Shown: positions 60,561 through 64,000 of the stretch, in pieces | Position numbering within the stretch: the stretch's first letter is position 1 | Layout: every line of letters begins with the position of its first letter | The notes under the pieces: model-generated | Database searches by the model: none | What the model saw: only the letters and a program-made list of their open reading frames with translations | What the model was told of the DNA's origin: nothing | Translations under genes and position numbers: made by a program | Assembly: GCF_009834535.1 (NCBI RefSeq) | Contig: NC_045697.1 | Span: 27,406,001-27,470,000 of the forward strand | Length of the DNA stretch: 64,000 nucleotides | From: Camelus ferus | Lineage: Eukaryota | Direction of reading: 5' to 3'

Positions 60561-63500
60561 GGGCCTTCCCCTGTCTACAGGGACCTGGTGGCTCACTAGC
60601 TCCAGGTCTTGGTTCCACCTGGAAGAAAGGTTGGAAGAGAGGGAGGAACCTTGCCCACACTGAGTGCTGAGCCCAGACGGAGCAGAAGCCATTTCCAGTC
60701 TCGGTCCATTGGCGAGAACTTAATGACGTAGCCACCCTTTGTTGTACAAGAGCCTGGAAGACGGGGTCACTAGCAGAGGCCCATGAGCCCCGCAAAGATG
60801 GGGGGGTTTTATCACTAAGAGGAAGAAGGAAGAATGGCTATTGGGGACCGTCTGTAGTCTCTGATGAAAAACTGCCCCACTCTCTCCCTCCTTCCCTACT
60901 TGATTGCTGGCTCCCCTGCCACCCTCCAGACACACCCAGCTCTCTGCCCTTCTGGTGGCCACAGCCCCATCCCGGGGCATCTGCACCCCCTGCTGCCTCT
61001 GCGTGGGAAGAACATGGTTTCCCCGGTCACTCCACTCAGGTCACTCCTCAGGGAGGCCGGCCCTGCCTGCCCTGCCTGACAGGTCCCCCTGCCCCTCTCC
61101 CCTGCCTTCCTCTCCCCTGCCTTCCTCTCCCCTCAGCCAGCTTTCTCTGTCTATGTCACTCAGGGCTCTCAACAGCATAGTGATTTCCTTCTCTATTTGT
61201 CTTTGTCTCAGCAAAGCAAGATTTGTGAGGGCCAGGCCTGACTTCGAATAGATTTGTGCTGAGGTTTTTAAATCCATGAGCCTGTTCAACGCTCATTCAT
61301 TTGGAATATTTTCTTTGGGCTTCTTGTGCCCAGGGTGGTGGCAAGTAGGCCAATGGCCCTGGAATGTTCACGACCGACCCTCTGCCTCCCGGGGTGGCCC
61401 GGTCTCTCCAGGTCCTCGGGGCTGCACCTCCCAGCTGGGGTGTGAGCCAGAGAGAGCAGAGTTGGCAGCAAACCTTCCTAAGGCAGCCACGTCATTTCTC
61501 AGATGAGCGTGTGGTGTTCACACCCATTTAATGTAGCGGCCCAGTCAAGGGAGAGGCCTTGGTTCATCAGATTTACCCCCTACCAGGAAAATCATCTCCT
61601 CTCTAAGCAATCTGGCTTCCAAGATTTAAAAGTGCCTTATCAGCTTAAGTGGATCTAAGAAAACAAACATTTTATGACTGTGATCATATAAGCAGCTCCA
61701 GAAAAAGAATAGCTCAGCCCTGATGGGTAGTTCTGACAAATAAACCAGGCAGTCACACACTGCAGAAATAGCTAGAACTTCTGTGACTTCACAGGGAGCC
61801 AAATGGAAATGCCCTTGACAAGCGGTGCTGAAGTCCTCCTGCAGTCGTGGCGCGGTCAGGCGCTCGACGTGCGCCAAAAACGTTTTGCTCCAACTAGACC
61901 CGCTCCTCCAGTGGAACCCTGTTAACTGGAGCCCTCGAACTGAATTGTTATGCTTAGATTTTAGGGAAGGGGGACACAGCTACAACAAAAGCAGCTCATC
62001 TAAAGGGTCTGGTTAACACCAAACAGAAAGACAATTCCGGCAGCCGGCGGCAGGACTGGAATCAGGGTTGACTCGGTGGCTTCTGTGTTTTTTTTTATCG
62101 ACGTCCCCCACCATCTGGAATCACAGTGCCCTGACACCCGGCAGGGTCCTGTATGATTAAAAGCAGGCCAGGCCCTGGCCCATGAGACAGAGATTTTCAG
62201 CACCACTGGTTAAAAAGAGTTTCCTGTTAACCAGAAAAGGCCAGGTATCAGAAGAACCTCAATTTCTCAGCATTTTAATTTTTGAGATTTTTACGGTGAT
62301 AAGAAGAAAGGAAATTATTTTTCAAGAGAGTGTGTTGTGGTGGTTTTTTTCTAAGAAAAATACTTCTTCTGGGACAAGGTGTCCATGTGGTCTGCTTTGG
62401 CCGGACACAAGAGTAGCCCAGACAAAATCAGGGGAGGCCCAGCTTTGCTCACTGGCTCAATTCTGGGGCAACTGGTGCTTCTGCTCTTCAGCCAGGTTGT
62501 CTGGAAGAGGTCATTTTGTTCAGACTGTTCCCATGAATTCCCCTAGATCAGAGGAGATGAATTTTCTTATTCCCCAGATTCCGAATCCTCTCAGTAACTG
62601 ACTTGGCAGTCTGCATGATGGGCAGCCAACATAGAGGGGCCAATGTCTCAGAAAGCTAGGCCAGATCAGGGCCTGGGAGACTCCAGGACTGCGCCAGAAA
62701 CCAGCGTCTCCAGCAGGGTGGGGACCCGTGTGAAACCAGGGGTCGCCTCCATGGCTTCAGGACTGGTAGGCACCAGCCACAAAGTCCCATCTTGGCCCCT
62801 TCCAAGGTTTTCCAGAAGGTTCTCACATTCCCTGCACACGGCAGGCATCGTAATCCCGTGTTTTAATGGCGGTGAGTGCGGCAGCCAGCGGCTTGGCAGT
62901 CAGGGAGGGCCTTGCTCTGCGTTCGCTGGTAGGGTCAGCCCTCAGTGAGCTCCGGTCCTCAGAGCACCAAAAGAAAATATTTTTCATGTGATGTCTTGGA
63001 AACTATTTCTCACATGCAGAGGCTCACTGAGCCTTCAGAGGCCACAAACCTAAAAATGTTGCAGATACTTTGGAAACCAAAGAAGCTTTTCTGAGACTGT
63101 GTGAAAAGGCTGCCAGTGTCCTTACAGCTGGCCGGTCTGAGGCGTCTTCCCTTTCACTCTTTTTTCTTCCTGTTTCTTCCTCTGTGAGACCCCATCCCTG
63201 GGAGGTTCCTTTTATTCCTCAATGGTGACAGCCTGGTCCCAACTGCAAACTTCAGTCCAGCTGTGGGAGCTCACAGGGAGGTGAAGAAAGCATCTCCCCT
63301 GATTGAGAAGGGGAGGGGGGGGCGGTCAAAGCACAGCTGTCCAGATCTCTGGGGGGCAAATGGCTTTTTATGTTTTATTTGCAGTGCCCACGACCCACCC
63401 CCCCCCAAGACTAGGACCCAAAATGTCGGGGGACTGGCTGGGAGAAGACAGAAGGGAGGCGCAGTGTGATGCTGGGGATCCTGGTGTCCCGTCTCCAGCT

Positions 63501-63659
63501 CCACTCAGACTGTAGTCTCTCCTGCCAGACTCCTCGCTCTGATCTGCAGCAGACCCTTGCCAGAACCTCAGAGCCCGCGGCTTCAAAGACTCAAGCTGGA
63601 GCCGCCCCTGCAGACAAGCCAGTGGCAGATCAAGCTGATGCTCTAGGACCATGCCAGAC

Positions 63660-63930
63660 AAAACACACGTGCAGACCACGCACCTGAAATGTAGCTAGAG
63701 CGAACTGAGATGTACTGTAAGTATAAAATGCACACTGGATACTGTAAAACGTCTCCTTAATAATGTTTATGTTGATTATGTTTTGAAATGATACTCTTTT
63801 TGATATATTGGGTTAAGTAAAAGATGCTATTAAAATTAGTTTCACTGTTCCTCTTTCCTTTTATTCACGGGGCTACTAGAATGCTTAAAATGACCCCTGT
63901 GGTCTGCATTACATTTCTGTAGGACAGTGA
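63660..63930. mobile_element. MER33/MER3-type hAT MITE
   Basis: tgaaatgtagctag...aactgagatgtactgtaagtataaaatgcacactgg...gatatattgggttaagtaaaa...cattacatttctgtaggacagtg. Confidence 0.75.
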
Positions 63931-64000
63931 TACTCCAGAAACTCTGAAAGAAACTTCAGTGTGGCCTGGGGGTCAGGAACGCTCGGTGAGAAAAGGAGGG

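Noticed and set aside
61810..62210. REST/RE1-like GGTGCTGAA and TTCAGCACCAC
   Set aside because: Half-sites only. The GGACAG half is missing at the proper spacing.
1..64000. CRISPR array, operon or other prokaryote-type novel system
   Set aside because: The sequence is mammalian with spliced exons and eutherian repeats. I saw no regularly spaced repeat-spacer array or compact gene cluster.
52800..64000. A second gene downstream of TBC1D1
   Set aside because: No exon chain with a recognisable product, and the region is repeat-rich. A lncRNA cannot be excluded from sequence alone.

Overview
Mammalian genomic DNA, very likely camelid (alpaca, vicuna or camel): it contains a tRNA-derived Vic-1-type SINE and cetartiodactyl-type L1 3' ends. 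The window holds the last eight coding exons of TBC1D1, a Rab GTPase-activating protein, on the + strand: 12368-12553, 14899-15060, 20486-20644, 32393-32637, 34018-34177, 40939-41108, 47338-47511 and 50955-51155 (TGA). Total CDS here is 1457 nt. All introns are GT-AG and phase-compatible, and the TBC catalytic IxxDxxR and YxQ motifs are intact. A ~1.6 kb 3'UTR with two candidate poly(A) sites follows, then ~11 kb of intergenic DNA. The rest is intron or intergenic sequence with ordinary old repeats (MIR, L1, CR1/L3, MLT1, MER21, MER5/20/33/63, Charlie) and microsatellites. Repeat names are by-eye recognition and their boundaries are approximate. I found no prokaryote-type system, no CRISPR array and no convincing novel gene. 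The most interesting observations are hypothesis-level: cryptic splice architectures next to UG tracts, a possible 3-nt microexon or poison cassette, tandem poly(A) sites with a miR-125 8mer, and an inverted/duplicated scar at an L1 5' junction.
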